Below are positions 56,876 to 64,000 of a DNA stretch of 64,000 bases, piece after piece. A program made the translations under genes and the position numbers. Source of the DNA: Tubiluchus corallicola. Its lineage: Eukaryota > Animalia > Priapulida. A model generated the notes under the pieces. It ran no database searches. It saw nothing but the letters and a program-made list of their open reading frames with translations, and was not told the origin of the DNA. Each line of letters starts with the position of its first letter. Within the stretch, counting starts at the first letter, position 1. Location of the stretch: contig JAQGDQ010000524.1 of NCBI GenBank assembly GCA_030141605.1, positions 90,041 to 154,040 of the forward strand, written 5' to 3'.

Positions 56876-57268
56876 TTTTGTATTCCTTCTTTTAATTTAA
56901 TGTTTTTGCTGTTTATTGTAAATAACCAAGGGAATAAATTTAAGTTTTAATAATTTAACAAGTAGTAATGAGTTAATAATTTAACACTTTCCTTTTCTGT
57001 TTACTGACACTCCATATCTCTCTTCTTCTCCCATTTTCTCTCGCTCTCTTTCTTCCCCTTCTCTTTTTCTTCTCTCCATTTTTTTCTGTCTCTCGTCTCT
57101 CTATTCCTCTCTCCTCTCTCTCTCTCTGTCTTTCCCTTTTTGTCTATCTCTTTCTCCTCTCTCTCTCCCACTTTTTTCTATCTCTTTTCCCCTCTCTCTT
57201 CTTTTCCCATTTTTCCCTCTCTCTTTCTTCCCCCTCCCTCTCTCCTCTCCCGTCTCTATTTCTCTTTT

Positions 57269-57314
<46 letters not shown>

Positions 57315-57850
57315 TTCGCTTCGCCACCCCCACCCCCCAAGCAGTAATTTTTGTACTGTGTGGGGAAACACAGATCTATGGTGGGAAATCACCAGATCAT
57401 TGACATCAGCCACGTGACCGCTGATCACGTGATGTTTCGTCTGAGTAACTTTCATGATTGAGGAGACGATTGTTGTGTACTGAGATGAGAATTTTCAGTC
57501 GAGTTACCGCATTGTGTGAAAGTTTATACAGATTATTATGAACTTGGTGCTCAATTATAAGTAACAGACAGTCGGCGGTGGTGCAAGGGACGTTTTTTTT
57601 TTATTGTTTGTAGTTCATTCTCCACGACATGGCGAGCAAGCTTTTGAAAATAACGTGTTAAATATGATGACGATAACTTCCCTTTGGGTAAGTGAAAAAG
57701 TTTGCAGCAGCGCCAACCAATCGGGCTTGAACCTGCCAGAAATGATTACTAGTCTAACTTCTGGTCATCTAAATAATTGTTTAGTTTTTTGGAATGTCTT
57801 TTTTGATAATATACTAAGTAACTTGGGTGATGTATTATAGGCAACGATTT

Positions 57851-59900
<2,050 letters not shown>

Positions 59901-60049
59901 ATTATTGCATTATCAGAAAAGCTTTTGCAGTGTTAATTGTTTTAAATGTATACTTTTTTTATCAGACTTGAAAGTGGGGTAGTATAATGAGAAATCATCC
60001 TGTCTTGCTTTCAAATTATCATGGTTACCTACAACCCACCCCTCAGTAT

Positions 60050-60428
60050 TAGGAATGAGCATCCGCAAATCAAACACCACTCAAATCGAATTTGCGACTC
60101 AACCGAATTCTAGATATCGATTCCAAATCGAATTCGAATTGCCTTGTAAATATTTTCGAATATATTTTCAAATACCCAACAAAAGAGCAGTAGTCTCACA
60201 AAGGTAATGCATATTGCTTGATTTTGTTGCCTGCAGTGAAAACATTAAAAATTGTGCACAGAAAGCACAGCTAAACTGTTCTAATTGCACGAAGTTCCAT
60301 ACGTTTTAATGTTGAAGAACGCATGTAGTTGAAGTGCTGAATTATTCGAATCTATAATTTTCCGGTCGAATCGAATTCGAACAAAAAACTCGTTCGAATT
60401 TAATCAAACCTTCTAGGCTCACCCCCTA
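60050..60428. mobile_element. hAT-like TTCGAA-rich non-autonomous element
   Basis: Termini TAGGAATGAGC / GCTCACCCCCTA; same family as 30641-31262; no clear TSD. Confidence 0.6.
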
Positions 60429-60637
60429 ATGAACATTCAAAGCGTGCCAATCTTACGCAGATACAGTTTTCTTGTATAGAATTCCAAAGATAAGGTGCTC
60501 GAGGGAAAAAGTCAATCTATAAGCACTTTTTCTACAGCATATAGGCAGGCCTGCCAAATATTTATCATTACCATGATGTACAGTATCAGCGTCTGGTATT
60601 TATTCTAAGAAATGGCGCCTCGTTTTCTCTATTCCAG

Positions 60638-60790
60638 GGATGAAATCAACGCTGCATTTGACTTTAGCACTTTTCCCGTGCTGAAATGTGATGACAACGT
60701 GATACAAGGTGATGTATTTGATCCCAGAATGCTGGGAGTATCTCAGACAGACATCCGCTCAAAGCGACAAGCACCTCAGTGTCGCGGAGG
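60638..60790 (+). CDS. Isolated candidate exon, possible protease propeptide (astacin-like)
   Basis: Strong acceptor ttttctctattccAG and donor GTAAGA; 153 nt, phase 2/2; DEINAAFDFSTFPVLKCDDNVIQGDVFDPRMLGVSQTDIRSKRQAPQCRG. Confidence 0.45.
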
Positions 60791-60869
60791 GTAAGAGATA
60801 TATGCTTATTGCACATTTGTGGTGGTTTTAACACAGGTTAGTGCAGGGCTGAGTGGTTACGGTGGCCTA

Positions 60870-62037
60870 CGCTTGCTGAAGTGCATGCTCGTGTGCTTGC
60901 ACTTGCTGAAGTGCTTGCTCATACTGGAGTGCGTGCCTGTGTGCTTATACGTGCTGGAGTGCGTGCCTGTGTGCTTGCTCATACTGGAGTGCGTGCCTGT
61001 GTGCTTATACGTGATGGAGTGCGTGCCTGTGTGCTTGTACGTGCTGGAGTGCGTGCCTGTGTGCTTATATGTGCTGGAGTGCGTGCCTGTGTGCTTATAT
61101 GTGCTGGAGTGCGTGCCTGTGTGCTTATACGTGCTGGAGTGCGTGCCTGTGTGCTTATACGTGCTGGAGTGCGTGCCTGTGTGCTTATACGTGCTGGAGT
61201 GCGTGCCTGTGTGCTTATACGTGCTGGAGTACGTGCCCGTGTGCTTGCCCTAGCTGGAGTGCGTGTCTGTGTGCTTATACGTGCTGGAGTGCGTGCCTGT
61301 GTGCTTATACGTGCTGGAGTACGTGCCCGTGTGCTTGCCCTAGCTGGAGTGCAGGCTCGTGTGCTTATATGTGCTGGAGTGCGTGCCTGTGTGCTTATAT
61401 GTGCTGGAGTGCGTGCCTGTGTGCTTATACGTGCTGGAGTGCGTGCCTGTGTGCTTATATGTGCTGGAGTGCGTGCCTGTGTGCTTATATGTGCTGGAGT
61501 GCGTGCCTGTGTGCTTATACGTGCTGGAGTGCGTGCCTGTGTGCCTATATGTGCTGGAGTGCGTGCCTGTGTGCTTATATGTGCTGGAGTGCGTGCCTGT
61601 GTGCTTATACGTGCTGGAGTGCGTGCCTATGTGCTTATACGTGCTGGAGTGCGTGCCTGTGTGCTTATATGTGCTGGAGTGCGTGCCTGTGTGCTTATAC
61701 GTGCTGGAGTGCGTGCCTGTGTGCCTATATGTGCTGGAGTGCGTGCCTGTGTGCTTATACGTGCTGGAGTGCGTGCCTATGTGCTTATACGTGCTGGAGT
61801 GCATGCCTGTGTGCTTATACGTGCTGGAGTGCGTGCCTGTGTGCTTATACGTGCTGGAGTACGTGCTCGTGTGCTTGCCCTAGCTGGAGTGCAGGCTCGT
61901 GTGCTTGCCCTAGCTGGAGTGCAGGCTCGTGTGCTTGCCCTAGCTGAAGTGCAGGCTCGTGTGCTTGCTCATACTGGAGTGCGTGCCTGTGTGCTTATAC
62001 GTGCTGGAGTGCGTGCCTGTGTGCTTATACGTGCTGG
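60870..62037. repeat. 30-bp minisatellite, ~39 copies
   Basis: Unit GTGCTGGAGTGCGTGCCTGTGTGCTTATAC. Confidence 0.95.
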
Positions 62038-62044
62038 GTGTATG

Positions 62045-64000
<1,956 letters not shown>

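Overview
Repeat-rich genomic DNA from an invertebrate animal (spliceosomal introns; the 5S rRNA looks lophotrochozoan-like). I could assemble four protein-coding genes by reading splice sites and checking phases. (1) A PRDM2/RIZ1-like PR-SET + C2H2 zinc-finger gene on the minus strand (5 coding exons, 10455->718). (2) A class C (mGluR-like) GPCR on the minus strand (5 exons, 42658->24895) that keeps the alpha-amino-acid binding residues but lacks the glutamate-specific Arg/Lys. (3) A TTLL4-derived ATP-grasp ligase nested antisense in GPCR intron 2. Its TTL domain is intronless, its substrate-pocket motifs are rewired, it carries five N-glycosylation sequons, and a phase-compatible upstream exon encodes a signal-peptide-like leader interrupted by one TAA. 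(4) A two-exon secreted, extremely Arg/Lys-rich protein with 13-aa repeats (47708-49409). The right part holds three 5S rRNA genes whose upstream E-box/CCAAT/-26 elements keep fixed, helically phased spacing. It also holds a >2 kb-arm inverted duplication (57851-64000, possibly an assembly artefact) with an orphan exon in its spacer. The rest is MITEs (piggyBac-, Tc1/pogo-, hAT-, Harbinger-, Kolobok-like), SINE/LINE remnants, minisatellites and microsatellites. All family assignments come from recalled motifs; no database search was run.
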